Below, one piece after another: positions 38,346 to 47,767 of a stretch of DNA of 64,000 bases. The DNA is from a virus. A program made the translations under genes and the position numbers. A model generated the notes under the pieces. The model made no database searches. It had not been told where the DNA came from and worked only from the letters and a program-made list of their open reading frames with translations. The stretch spans positions 72,573 through 136,572 of the IMG/VR virus record IMGVR_UViG_3300020203_000008. One strand, 5' to 3'. Within the stretch, counting starts at the first letter, position 1; each line of letters opens with the position of its first letter.

Positions 38346-38780
38346 TTAGTAGTTCGGGAAGTCAATAAACATATCGGCAAGACCCTGATCCTTCAGGGTC
38401 TCAATCACGAGGTTCTGAAGGTCAGTGTAATTTTGGTCGCACCGTTCAAAGGCCATTACCGCAATCTTGAGCTTAACTTCCCACATCTTGAGGAAGTTAT
38501 CGAAATCTTCGGCCTTAGGGTATCCGGCAAAGATCTGAGGACAGATGAAAATGTTCAATCCGCCCTCTTCTCTGGGGATGGGCCACATGACGCCTTGTCG
38601 GGAAATTAAACCCGGATCTAGCTTCTCAAGTAGATTGTCGGCCCGAAGCATATCAATAAACTTATTCCACTGACTGTTAGGTTCCACGAACTTGATATGG
38701 ACGGTTGGGGCAATAAGCTGATCGGCCATGTAATGCCTTACGAAATCGACGCGTTCAACGTCCGTGAACTCGTTCGTCAT
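38346..38780 (-). CDS. Hypothetical protein
   Basis: ATGA overlap; 144 aa. Confidence 0.6.
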   Translation of the reverse strand: MTNEFTDVERVDFVRHYMADQLIAPTVHIKFVEPNSQWNKFIDMLRADNLLEKLDPGLISRQGVMWPIPREEGGLNIFICPQIFAGYPKAEDFDNFLKMWEVKLKIAVMAFERCDQNYTDLQNLVIETLKDQGLADMFIDFPNY

Positions 38781-39043
38781 CCACCTAGCTCCTTCACAGC
38801 CTTAAGGAGGTTCTCTCTAGCTTTGTCTTCGGTTGCATTAGCCAGAGCCCGCTCCAAACGCCTGTTCTCTTCTCTCGTGGAATCCAGAGCTTTCTGCATT
38901 TCTAGATTGGCAGCAATTAGAGCATTGACTCGACGGGCCATCGCAGCTTCTCTGGGTCCGTACAAGCCTGCTTCGCGGTCTATTTCCAGTTGGCTAGCTT
39001 CGCGTTCTATTTCCAGTTGGCTAGGTTCGTAGTTCTCATCCAT
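38777..39043 (-). CDS. Coiled-coil protein with C-terminal AxxxLxxxVKEL helix
   Basis: Likely start MDENYEP; internal 27-bp duplication. Confidence 0.55.
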   Translation of the reverse strand: MDENYEPSQLEIEREASQLEIDREAGLYGPREAAMARRVNALIAANLEMQKALDSTREENRRLERALANATEDKARENLLKAVKELGG

Positions 39044-39428
39044 TCCAGGACCATACTTTCTTCTTACCGACATTTGGGATATCAGCAACCTCTTTGGAGA
39101 GAGACAATGCGACATTCTCAGTTTGAGTTTTCGCCCATCCGGCATACTCTTCGACTTTAGCTTCGTACTCTTCTCCGTCCCGGATCTCATCCCAGAATTG
39201 GAGCCAAATATCCCACGGGTTAGGAAGCTTGTAGCCTTCTAGCTCTCTCGGGTTAATCTCGATTTTTATGACACGCTGACCCATGAGGACATCGATCATG
39301 CCCTCTGCCCAGCCACAAGGTGGACAGAGAAACCAGCCCCTAACCCATTCACCAGACCCGCGAGCTAGAGCAACTCTCGGCCACACAATCAGGGTCTCAC
39401 AGGCTGTGCAGTAATCGATCTTGCTCAT
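39036..39428 (-). CDS. Zn-finger hypothetical protein
   Basis: CTAC...CPPC. Confidence 0.55.
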   Translation of the reverse strand: MSKIDYCTACETLIVWPRVALARGSGEWVRGWFLCPPCGWAEGMIDVLMGQRVIKIEINPRELEGYKLPNPWDIWLQFWDEIRDGEEYEAKVEEYAGWAKTQTENVALSLSKEVADIPNVGKKKVWSWNG

Positions 39429-39431
39429 GGG

Positions 39432-40385
39432 CTAAAACTTCACGCTCGTCTTGAGGCCAACAATCGCCGTCTCGAACAAGCTCATACGAGACTTCGCCTC
39501 ACCGAGACCAGTCTCCAAAAGCTCCTCGTACTCCACAGTGCGGGCAGTCAAACGCTGGTAATCAGTCACCAGCTTGGCATACCGATCAGATGAGATCTGC
39601 TTACCGGTGCGTTGGATCTCAGTGATCTCAGCCATGATCTCATCCACCGCATCACAAGTCTCAGCCTCAAAAGCCTTACGGACCATCTGACGCTGCTTCT
39701 TGTCATCGATCAGCGGCAAGGAGTGGAACGTAGATTCCGTACCGGGGAGAGCGTTCACGAACGTCTCCAGAGATTCCATCTTGACAGCCTGATCTTCGGT
39801 GATGAAATATACTGCTCCACCTTCACGGACCAGAGTCGCGCCGAAGTCCAGGACACGCTTTCGGATGAACTCTCGGATGGCATAGGCGTTCAGGGAATCC
39901 TTCCAAGCTGCAAACTCGGAACGAATCTCTTCGGTAATTTCATCAACCTTGAGGTTGCCATTCACGTTGTCAGGGAGATCCTTAACAACAATTGCTGTCG
40001 TGTTCTTGTGAAATTCGATATCCCGGAGCTGAACATAATCCAGCTTCCGACCCTTACGATCAACGGTCTGACGCACAATACGTCGGCAGATAACGTTCTC
40101 GCCACGACCACCGAAGTCTTCAACAAGGTAGTTCTCGAAGACATTCACGTTGCTAGTCGGGATCTTCTTACGTGCTGCGTTCGAAGCAACTCGGCGGAAA
40201 ACGTCGAAGTCTTTCGGGTAGGGCGGGATCGTGGACGAAAGACCTACGGTATTCAGTCCGTTCACAACGTCTGCGTGAGACACCTTAAGGGTTTGGGAGA
40301 CGGTGTACCAACAAAGCCGACCGAGCAGTACGCTCTTGTCGGCCAGGTTGACTCGCTTTACATGCTCTTGCAAAATATCAGTCAA
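39432..40385 (-). CDS. DUF3150/DUF6744-like protein
   Basis: LG-L-WY-V, D-FRR, R-GG-VYF and helical C-terminus; family recalled as a neighbour of MoxR/VWA genes. Confidence 0.6.
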   Translation of the reverse strand: MTDILQEHVKRVNLADKSVLLGRLCWYTVSQTLKVSHADVVNGLNTVGLSSTIPPYPKDFDVFRRVASNAARKKIPTSNVNVFENYLVEDFGGRGENVICRRIVRQTVDRKGRKLDYVQLRDIEFHKNTTAIVVKDLPDNVNGNLKVDEITEEIRSEFAAWKDSLNAYAIREFIRKRVLDFGATLVREGGAVYFITEDQAVKMESLETFVNALPGTESTFHSLPLIDDKKQRQMVRKAFEAETCDAVDEIMAEITEIQRTGKQISSDRYAKLVTDYQRLTARTVEYEELLETGLGEAKSRMSLFETAIVGLKTSVKF

Positions 40386-40411
40386 TGCATTCCTCCTACG
40401 TTAAGTTGCAT

Positions 40412-40618
40412 TTACAGAACTACGGGATCTTCAAGACCCTCGGTGGTCAGATCACTTGCCGTGTTGTCCAAACCAGCTTCGGCCTTGTCGGCTTCAAGCA
40501 CGTTCCAGAGATCCAAAAGGATGTCCAAAACTTGCGTTCGGGTGTAGATCGAACGGCCTTCCTGCTCCCGGTTCTCCCGGAGCTTCTCCTCAAGCAGACC
40601 TCGGTACTTATCAAACAT
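40412..40618 (-). CDS. Hypothetical protein
   Basis: Likely start MFDKY; V-D-LLDL motif. Confidence 0.5.
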   Translation of the reverse strand: MFDKYRGLLEEKLRENREQEGRSIYTRTQVLDILLDLWNVLEADKAEAGLDNTASDLTTEGLEDPVVL

Positions 40619-40955
40619 CGATTTGCTCCCCCGTGTCAAGAGCCGCAGCGATCTGCTGAAGCCTTCTTTCGGCGTCATCCATCTGAGCCCGCGAAACGGG
40701 CTTAAAGATTTCAACCATAGTTTTCACTTCGTTAATCCTCACATCGAAGATCCTCATTTCCGAGCCGCGACGATGCCTGTATTCTTCAGTCAACATGAAC
40801 TGGTATCGGGCTGGTGGATGGGCGTCGTTGTCATGTATCCCACAATAGATCACATGAGCGCCTTGAAGTGCGTCTTTCAGGTATTGGGCAGCCTCCCAAT
40901 TGCGGGTATCAATCAGATATTCTTGGCCAGGCCAAAGACGATCTTCAACTCCCAT
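40611..40955 (-). CDS. Hypothetical protein (paralog of next gene)
   Basis: G--Y-IDT--W...L-G-HV shared with 40945-41271; C-terminal tag helix. Confidence 0.6.
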   Translation of the reverse strand: MGVEDRLWPGQEYLIDTRNWEAAQYLKDALQGAHVIYCGIHDNDAHPPARYQFMLTEEYRHRRGSEMRIFDVRINEVKTMVEIFKPVSRAQMDDAERRLQQIAAALDTGEQIDV

Positions 40956-41271
40956 GAGCCAACTCCTTAGCTACCCTCAGCAATCCCTCAGTGGCAGCCT
41001 CAAGATCTTCAATCGTTGGGACACGGGCCAAAGTTAGTCCCTTGCTGTTGATGGTAAAGGTTTGTGAGTACCAGTAATCTTCGAAACCTTCTGCTAAATG
41101 CACGGCCACATGCGGTAATATTTCGCTGCGGTTAGGTGAAGGACTTATGGAATCTACGACGACGTGAACACCGTTTAGCTTGTCTATACCGGAGGAGTCT
41201 ACGCGCCAGGCTGTGGTGTCAATAACATACGTCTCGCCGATAATGACACTATAGGGAGTTGAAGATCTCAC
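40945..41271 (-). CDS. Hypothetical protein (paralog of previous gene)
   Basis: GETYVIDTTAW...LNGVHV; ends AATEGLLRVAKELA. Confidence 0.6.
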   Translation of the reverse strand: MRSSTPYSVIIGETYVIDTTAWRVDSSGIDKLNGVHVVVDSISPSPNRSEILPHVAVHLAEGFEDYWYSQTFTINSKGLTLARVPTIEDLEAATEGLLRVAKELAHGS

Positions 41272-42838
41272 GGACCGATTCCCCTGAAGTCAACGACTTA
41301 ATAGTCGCGACCTGCTGATCGCAAATCGTCCACATAGGTTCATCTCTAGCGGATCCACCAATGTTCACTCCCCAGACCTGGAAACCAAGCCGGTCCTGTT
41401 CCTTCTTGAACTCCGTGAGCCACTGATCATCCACACTGCACATACCATCAGTAGCGAACACGATGTCGGCCTTAACTGCACCAAACCGTTCGTGCTGCTC
41501 CTGAAGGATTGTCAGAGCATGAGTGAGGGGAGTCCGGAAATCGGTTCCCCCACCGAAGAAGAATTCAGCGAAGTCGAGCACCTTGTCGGCGTCGATGTTC
41601 TGTGAATCCCTAAAGTCGTCAATCCTGATTTGGTGCGGACTGCCGAACTGGATTGCATAGAACTCTCGCTTCTGCTTCCTCGCAATGTGCAGCAAGCACA
41701 GACCAAGAGCCTTGGTCCATATTTCAGGCTCACCACTCATCGAACCAGAACCATCGTGGCAGAAAACAATGCCGCCCTTAGCGACCTTCTCATAACCGCG
41801 CATCTTGTACTGAAGCAGGTTCCGATCCATGTACTGCTTGAAGAACTTCATCCTCCGTAGAGGGTGCATAAGCTGTCCAAGCTCAGACGGCAGGACACGA
41901 CGCAGGTTATTGCCCTGCTCCACGTCATACACTTCTTCCGGCGTGTAGTTCACCTTGCGCCGGTTCTCGGTGAAGGCCAAACGCTTCATAGGACCAAACA
42001 GTTCAGCGATCTTCTTAAACTTCGGGCTATTCAACTTCCGTGCAAGTTCCATACGCTCATTGGCGGGCAGACGGTGAAGTTGACCCGGCTCCAAACCCCA
42101 AGCCTGAGCCATGTTCTCCTGGGCTTCCATGTCCTCATTGGCCTGCTTCATGGCCTGCTTCATAGCGCCACGGATCTCGGGACCCGCACCGTTCAAAGCA
42201 TCCTTAAGCTCCTGGCCCTTCTCCTGCATCTGCTGCTGGAGAGCTTCCATACGCTCCTGAAGCTGCTTAGCCTTCTCCTGGTAATCCTGAGGCTCCGAAT
42301 CTTCGGGGTTGTTCTCAGTCCAATCCTTGAACATCTCCTCAAGGTCGCGCTGCTCCTGCTGAGCCTGAGCCATCTGCGCCATAAGCTCCTGAAGTTCCTG
42401 AGCAAGTTTCTGCTCCCCTTCGAGCTTGTCGTAAAGCGTTTCTATGTCAGGCTCAATGGTGTTGAATGCCAGAGCCGCACCAATGTCGTCGCCCTGAGTC
42501 CACATACGCAATTCTCTGTAGTCAGGGAGATCTACTGCTTCCTGCATAACCTTGCGGTTAACGAGGTTTTGAGGACGCACCTTGTTCTCGTCCAACAGGT
42601 CAGGATCAACCTTCCAAAGAGACAGGTAAAGATCCTGGGTTACTGGATAGGCAAGATCGCCAGCCTTGGAGTCGGCCAGCTTGTCTCGCATAGCCCGATA
42701 TTCCTTCATCTCCTCTAGGAGACGTTGGTGATCTTGCCGGTCGTAACGGTCGCTATCAATCGTAAATGGTGAAAGGTCGTTAGGGTTTGGGCTCTTCTTG
42801 CCCTTACCCATCCAATCTTTGAGAAAATCCTTAGCCAT
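41249..42838 (-). CDS. VWA-domain protein (ViaA/CoxE-like)
   Basis: MIDAS DGSGSM, GGGTDF, ATDG; N-terminal coiled coil; R-LPSEL. Confidence 0.88.
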   Translation of the reverse strand: MAKDFLKDWMGKGKKSPNPNDLSPFTIDSDRYDRQDHQRLLEEMKEYRAMRDKLADSKAGDLAYPVTQDLYLSLWKVDPDLLDENKVRPQNLVNRKVMQEAVDLPDYRELRMWTQGDDIGAALAFNTIEPDIETLYDKLEGEQKLAQELQELMAQMAQAQQEQRDLEEMFKDWTENNPEDSEPQDYQEKAKQLQERMEALQQQMQEKGQELKDALNGAGPEIRGAMKQAMKQANEDMEAQENMAQAWGLEPGQLHRLPANERMELARKLNSPKFKKIAELFGPMKRLAFTENRRKVNYTPEEVYDVEQGNNLRRVLPSELGQLMHPLRRMKFFKQYMDRNLLQYKMRGYEKVAKGGIVFCHDGSGSMSGEPEIWTKALGLCLLHIARKQKREFYAIQFGSPHQIRIDDFRDSQNIDADKVLDFAEFFFGGGTDFRTPLTHALTILQEQHERFGAVKADIVFATDGMCSVDDQWLTEFKKEQDRLGFQVWGVNIGGSARDEPMWTICDQQVATIKSLTSGESVREIFNSL

Positions 42839-43016
42839 GAGTTAGCCTTACTTCCGTGATTCTGTTACGCTGGATTGCAAGTTTGCTTTCAACAAAAACG
42901 TAATCCTTGTCCCAGCCAGTTACGGTCCAAGCACAGTTATCGTCATCATCATCAATGATGACTTGATCTCCTTTTTCAATCTCAATTTCTCTGGTAGCTT
43001 TTATCTTAAGGCTCAT
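42831..43016 (-). CDS. Small SH3-like hypothetical protein
   Basis: IEKGDQVII beta-barrel pattern. Confidence 0.5.
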   Translation of the reverse strand: MSLKIKATREIEIEKGDQVIIDDDDDNCAWTVTGWDKDYVFVESKLAIQRNRITEVRLTHG

Positions 43017-43481
43017 TTAAATCCCCAATACCTTCCTGGTAAAGATCGGCTTAATCAATTCCTCTAGCCCCTTAAAAGCATCACCTTGGATGCCGATATT
43101 CGTTCCTCCGTAGCTCAGGTGGTTGGGAACACCAAGTGTAACAAGCATCTCACTCAGTCTAACGCCTGTTGCCTTGTGTTCCTCCATCCGCTCTTGCCTA
43201 ATCGTTTGTGCAATCTGATGCTTCTTGATATTGAAAGCTTCTTCAGATTCGCGCTTAGCAGATTCATCGGCATAGTCTTTCCACCAACCAACGATAGACC
43301 GACCATGGATCTTGTAGTCCATCCCAGTGAGAGTTGTGGAGTTAAGGTAAACAACCATTGGGTGACCCGTCTTGTCCCCAACGCGCTTAACTACACCTTT
43401 TACTGGGTGGAGCAAACCCAAGTTAAACTTCTTGGAGACGATGGCAACTTCGGCTCCAGGGTAAAGATCGTCAGCGTTCAT
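43017..43481 (-). CDS. Hypothetical protein
   Basis: AGGAG RBS; 154 aa. Confidence 0.6.
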   Translation of the reverse strand: MNADDLYPGAEVAIVSKKFNLGLLHPVKGVVKRVGDKTGHPMVVYLNSTTLTGMDYKIHGRSIVGWWKDYADESAKRESEEAFNIKKHQIAQTIRQERMEEHKATGVRLSEMLVTLGVPNHLSYGGTNIGIQGDAFKGLEELIKPIFTRKVLGI

Positions 43482-43538
43482 CTGTCTCCTTCCGGGAGGG
43501 CTTGGGAGAGGGACGTTCCCCCTCCCAACAAAGCTGCA

Positions 43539-44726
43539 CTAGAGAGAGACTTCAGTGTCGATATTGAAGATCTCTTTGAGCAGCCGCTTCGTGACACTCA
43601 ACAGCCGGGTACGAACTTCCTCGACCTTGGCAGACTTACGCTTAGAAGACTCCACCTGCTTAGACAGCTTGTGGAGATCATCCTTAGCCTTGTCAACCTT
43701 GTTGTGAAGCTCCACACCCTTCTTGTTCTTCAACTGCGGATCAACCGACTTGTCAGCAAGAACCTTGTCAAGCTCACTTGACAGCTTCTCAACAGTTTCA
43801 AGCAGGCTCATAGCTTCCTTGTCGAGCGGATTTGCAAGCTCCAGAAGGAGACGCTCAACCTTAGGCTGCTCTTCCTTAGAAGTCCACAGGACGTGAGCCA
43901 AGGGACGCATGTGCTCGATATCCGCAACCGTCTGACCGTCCAGATATGCGGCAGCCCTGATAATCTTCAGGCACTCCACAAAGCGTCGGTCGGTCGGCTC
44001 GATACCATCGGTGCGGAGATCCGCCCGGACAGTCTGGAGGGCATCCAGAACGTCTCCAGGGACCTCAACAGCCAGACTGGCCTGGTGAGCTTCCTGAATC
44101 TCATCCCAAGTGATGAGCTTGTCGGTCGGTCCAGAAGCACTGATCTTGAGCATCTGGATAAAGTTCCCAGGCTCCTGAATGCGCTTCGTGATCAGCCGGA
44201 ACTGCACTCGGTCATAGATGGCGTTCAGTTCCTCACCATCGGGAAGCTCGTTAGAAGCACAGAACATGGTGTGAAGGGGCAGGTCATGCACCTGACCATC
44301 GTTCCGGAACTTCCGTTCGTTCAATGCCCAAAGAAGCGTGTTCAGAATAGCCGAGTTGGCCTTCCAAATCTCGTCCAAGAACCAGACGTGAGCCTCAGGG
44401 GCAAAGCCCTTAGTGACGAATGCGAAACGATCCTCTTCCAGGCCCTTAAGGCTGACAGGACCGTTGATCTCTTCCGGAGTGGAAGTACGGGTCATGAGCG
44501 TGTCGAAGAAGTTGTAATCTCCGCCGATCATTTCCATCATCTTCACAATGGACCGCGACTTGGCCACACCAGGCTCACCGAGCTGGAAGTGGTGAGTCCC
44601 GGAAACCAAAGCGAGAACCTGAGTCTCGATGATGTCGTTACGCTCGATCAGGTGGGTCCGGAGACCATCCTTCAGAGTCTCGAACTTCTCCGGCAAAGTC
44701 GGAGTAGTGGTGGTGGTGTCTGACAT
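43539..44726 (-). CDS. MoxR-family AAA+ ATPase (RavA-like)
   Basis: GEPGVAKS, FLDEIWKANSAILNTLL-LNER, ASNELP, YDR, DRR. Confidence 0.9.
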   Translation of the reverse strand: MSDTTTTTPTLPEKFETLKDGLRTHLIERNDIIETQVLALVSGTHHFQLGEPGVAKSRSIVKMMEMIGGDYNFFDTLMTRTSTPEEINGPVSLKGLEEDRFAFVTKGFAPEAHVWFLDEIWKANSAILNTLLWALNERKFRNDGQVHDLPLHTMFCASNELPDGEELNAIYDRVQFRLITKRIQEPGNFIQMLKISASGPTDKLITWDEIQEAHQASLAVEVPGDVLDALQTVRADLRTDGIEPTDRRFVECLKIIRAAAYLDGQTVADIEHMRPLAHVLWTSKEEQPKVERLLLELANPLDKEAMSLLETVEKLSSELDKVLADKSVDPQLKNKKGVELHNKVDKAKDDLHKLSKQVESSKRKSAKVEEVRTRLLSVTKRLLKEIFNIDTEVSL

Positions 44727-44748
44727 TATTACCTTTCTGTACGGTTAT

Positions 44749-45570
44749 TTACTGGACTGGGATAGAAGGTAGAACTGTCTTGCAACCAAACTTTAGCTGA
44801 TCAATTGTGCAATCTGTCGGGTTTTTATCTGGCCTTGGCCGCATAAAAACGGGCTGGTAAAGTCTCGGCTCATGCCGATTGTTGCAATAGAGGTAACGTA
44901 CTTCTATAACGTCACCTTCTACGAGCTTTGTCAGGTTCTTTTCTGTTACAGCTACTGAACCGACATCTGTGAGAATCCCATTGTCGTCATAAACGCTGAC
45001 GGCAACGGAACGCTTACCTTCTCTGCCGACCTCCGTGATGATGCAGTCAACAGTCTCAACAAGCTTGGCCTTAAGCGAGAAGTTAGAACGCTTGCCGCAG
45101 GTATACGGTGCATCCAACTTCTTGATCATGAGGCCCTCAGCATTGTTATCTACAACCCAGCGGGCCAACCTAATCTTGTCTACCGCAGTAGTGCAAGATG
45201 GCACTAGCTTAATCCGTTGGGTTCGGGCTGATAGAACTGAGATTACAGGTACGAGACTTTCACGTCGGAGCTTGAACGCGGTCTCCGGTGTGATTCCTGG
45301 TGCAAGTGGTAGGTCGAAGACCCAGAATACACCGCCGACGACTTCGCCGTCAAGAACCCAATCTCCGTTGATTCCGGAGAGTAGGTCGGCGATCTCTCGG
45401 TCAACACGAGTTTCGTTGCGCCGACCGCAACCGAACACCTTGCCGTCCTTTACTCCGATGGCAAGACGCTCACCGTCGAGCTTCTGCTCGAATGCCCACT
45501 CGGAACTGTGAGCATATTCCTCAATGTCCCCAAAAGGGACACTGTTCGCAAGCTGAACCTCAAACTTCAA
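44749..45570 (-). CDS. ATP-dependent DNA ligase
   Basis: EQKLDGER motif I, LDGE, VFD, EGLMIK, K-K; C-terminal OB fold with R-DK. Confidence 0.88.
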   Translation of the reverse strand: MKFEVQLANSVPFGDIEEYAHSSEWAFEQKLDGERLAIGVKDGKVFGCGRRNETRVDREIADLLSGINGDWVLDGEVVGGVFWVFDLPLAPGITPETAFKLRRESLVPVISVLSARTQRIKLVPSCTTAVDKIRLARWVVDNNAEGLMIKKLDAPYTCGKRSNFSLKAKLVETVDCIITEVGREGKRSVAVSVYDDNGILTDVGSVAVTEKNLTKLVEGDVIEVRYLYCNNRHEPRLYQPVFMRPRPDKNPTDCTIDQLKFGCKTVLPSIPVQ

Positions 45571-45917
45571 CCGTAACGCTCCTTGATCCTTGCAGCTTCA
45601 GTCGCGTAGCTCATAACAAGCTTCAGAGAAGAACCTTGAGTTGTGACGAGAGACCCCTTAGGAAATCGGCCTGCTCCATCAAGCATTCTTACGACGATCT
45701 TAGTACGCTTCTTTGTGACGATCTCGGCATGCATGCCGCGAATATACTTAGGAGATATAGTGTTTGAAAACATGACGACATCTCCAGTCTCAAGGTCATT
45801 CTGGAACTTCTGTCCAAGCTTCTTACGTCTATCCATGATTGTCTCAAAAAGCTCGTCAAGATTTTCGTCAAGGTTACCAAGATAGATAGCGCCAATTATT
45901 TGTGAGAGATCTGCCAT
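45567..45917 (-). CDS. Hypothetical protein with SH3-like domain
   Basis: G-LD--L...GD-V-F...PKY--G; paralog of 46068-46547. Confidence 0.6.
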   Translation of the reverse strand: MADLSQIIGAIYLGNLDENLDELFETIMDRRKKLGQKFQNDLETGDVVMFSNTISPKYIRGMHAEIVTKKRTKIVVRMLDGAGRFPKGSLVTTQGSSLKLVMSYATEAARIKERYG

Positions 45918-46087
45918 TACGGCTCCTTATACGATTCGATTTCTTCTTGCTCAAAAGCCTCTTGCAGAACTTGGATTAGCTCACCAAGTTTACGATCGAT
46001 GATGACACCCCAAATCTTATTGGGTCCACCAAGCTCTACGGTGCCGACTAGACCACCGTCGTTTAGCTCAACTTTGATTCTGGGCAT
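45917..46087 (-). CDS. Small hypothetical protein (56 aa)
   Basis: Not in ORF track; fills gap; TAATG coupling to 45917 start. Confidence 0.45.
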   Translation of the reverse strand: MPRIKVELNDGGLVGTVELGGPNKIWGVIIDRKLGELIQVLQEAFEQEEIESYKEP

Positions 46088-46547
46088 AACGATCCTTGAT
46101 CTCTTGTACTTCGGCTTCTACCTCGCCATCTACGATGGGTACAAGCTGGCTTGAGTTTATGTAAATCGTTTCATCTAGATCAAATCGTGACTTATATTGC
46201 TGCTTTGTACCGTCATAATCGGTGTACCATGGACCGTGACGTACATTGTGTTCAAGGTGTTCGACCCGAACCGTATAAGTTCTTCGATTGCCATAGTCTC
46301 GGACTGTCTCAATTCTTACAAGTGCTCCATCGAAGAACTTAGGCAAATATCCGTTCGGATCGCGTTTCACCTTAACCAGATCATCGATATGAAAGAGGAA
46401 AATCTGACTATCGATACGGTCACTCGACTTCTCTCGGATTCGCTTACTGAAAAGGTTCCGAATAACCCGGAGATCATCGTCCAAAGCGCCCTGATCGAGC
46501 AGGGAAACAACCGCTTTCGCTTCCTGCGAGCTAAGTCTCCTAGCCAT
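46068..46547 (-). CDS. Hypothetical protein (paralog of 45567-45917)
   Basis: Likely start MARRLSS with AAGGAG RBS; G-LDDDL...PKF-DG...IKDRY. Confidence 0.6.
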   Translation of the reverse strand: MARRLSSQEAKAVVSLLDQGALDDDLRVIRNLFSKRIREKSSDRIDSQIFLFHIDDLVKVKRDPNGYLPKFFDGALVRIETVRDYGNRRTYTVRVEHLEHNVRHGPWYTDYDGTKQQYKSRFDLDETIYINSSQLVPIVDGEVEAEVQEIKDRYAQNQS

Positions 46548-46926
46548 CTGAAAGCTCCTTAGCTGTAGCCTGCAAAGCAGCGATGGTCTTAATGCGTTCG
46601 AATTCCTCGGCGTCATGCTGCTTCTCACGTTTTTCCTGCTGGATGGCAGCGATATTGCTACGCTCGTATTCGCCAATAGCAATATCAAGGTGCTTACAAC
46701 GGCCATACTGCTCATGACCCCTGATAAGAACCTTAAGGTCATGCTTCTTGTTCTTATTGCGAGTCATGGCATAACCCTGACAGGTGCAGTCAGCTTCAAA
46801 CTCTCGGGCCGAGGGGAGGCTGCTGTAAATAGGCGTGAGATCCACCTTGTAGATCTTGTCGTACTGAGTGTCTGATGGCACTCGGAACATGAATTCTGTG
46901 ACTTGTTCAACTTGGTGCATGTTCAC
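46540..46926 (-). CDS. SWIM zinc-finger protein
   Basis: V-S---D--Y-V...CTC...CKH; AGGAGG RBS. Confidence 0.75.
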   Translation of the reverse strand: MNMHQVEQVTEFMFRVPSDTQYDKIYKVDLTPIYSSLPSAREFEADCTCQGYAMTRNKNKKHDLKVLIRGHEQYGRCKHLDIAIGEYERSNIAAIQQEKREKQHDAEEFERIKTIAALQATAKELSDG

Positions 46927-46929
46927 CTC

Positions 46930-47451
46930 CTAAGAGATCGGGAGTGGCAAAACCACGGAATCTGTTGCAGATGTTGCAAGCTGATGCTTCTCAAAGCCAG
47001 CCTCTAGAAGCCGGGACTTGACCAGAAAGTCATTCGGTAGGATCCCGTAAACCTCTTGCTCTAGGGTACGTTCGATTGCCCAACTATGATTTATGGGCAC
47101 ACCGAAATAGAATGCTTTGGTGTCGTAATCCCAAGTGGGATCGTAAGCATTGCCTTGGCGATCAATAACCCAGGCATGCTGAATAGGGATAGCAAGATCT
47201 TCGCTGATCCCCCATCCCTCACAGTAGGTATAACGGCTGCTATCGACAAGAAGGGCATTCATGAAACAGAGCTTCTTCTCGCCGCGCTCAAGATCTGTCT
47301 CGCCTAGAGGACGACCTTGGAAGCCGTAACCGTAGTGAAGGACGAGAGCTTCGTAGCTCTTGAATTGCAGGTTATCTCGTCCGTTCATGCCTTCTTGGAA
47401 GGAGGCTATGACTTCAAGATAGCGTTTCAGTTCCTGAATCATCGTCGTCAA
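46930..47451 (-). CDS. Putative papain/transglutaminase-like fold protein
   Basis: CFMNA...HAWVID...DPTW gives a Cys-His-Asp order; TTG start with GGAGG RBS. Confidence 0.55.
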   Translation of the reverse strand: MTTMIQELKRYLEVIASFQEGMNGRDNLQFKSYEALVLHYGYGFQGRPLGETDLERGEKKLCFMNALLVDSSRYTYCEGWGISEDLAIPIQHAWVIDRQGNAYDPTWDYDTKAFYFGVPINHSWAIERTLEQEVYGILPNDFLVKSRLLEAGFEKHQLATSATDSVVLPLPIS

Positions 47452-47767
47452 GACCGATGCCCTCCTTGCCAACAAGATCCTCAAGGGTCTTCTTGAGTTT
47501 CTCGCCAGCGTTAGCGATCTTCTCGTCGTCGCGTTCCACTTGATCCATACGGGCGATCATCTCAAACTCCTCATCGATCTTGCGCTGTTCGGGATTTGAG
47601 AATGCCTTAGCGGGATCCAGAATGAACATGGCTTGTGCCATGTGTGGCCCACCCTTCTCGGCGGGAATGGCAGCAAAGCCTGCAACTTCAAGGCCAAGCT
47701 CTTGTGCAACCTTGTTCAGGTTTTCTCGCAAAACCGCTAGGGCGTCCATCGGATTGTCAGACATCAT
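47414..47767 (-). CDS. Hypothetical protein
   Basis: 117-aa acidic ORF in operon. Confidence 0.6.
   Translation of the reverse strand: MMSDNPMDALAVLRENLNKVAQELGLEVAGFAAIPAEKGGPHMAQAMFILDPAKAFSNPEQRKIDEEFEMIARMDQVERDDEKIANAGEKLKKTLEDLVGKEGIGLDDDDSGTETLS

Noticed and set aside
41249-42838. VWA protein as the Ro60/TROVE partner of the Y-like RNA
   Set aside because: N-terminus is coiled-coil ViaA/CoxE-like, it is linked to a MoxR ATPase, and it lies 13 kb from the RNA
39612-44723. Long plus-strand ORFs (39612-40547, 41864-42718, 43086-43781, 43893-44723)
   Set aside because: Antisense shadows of well-supported minus-strand genes; no motifs or RBS
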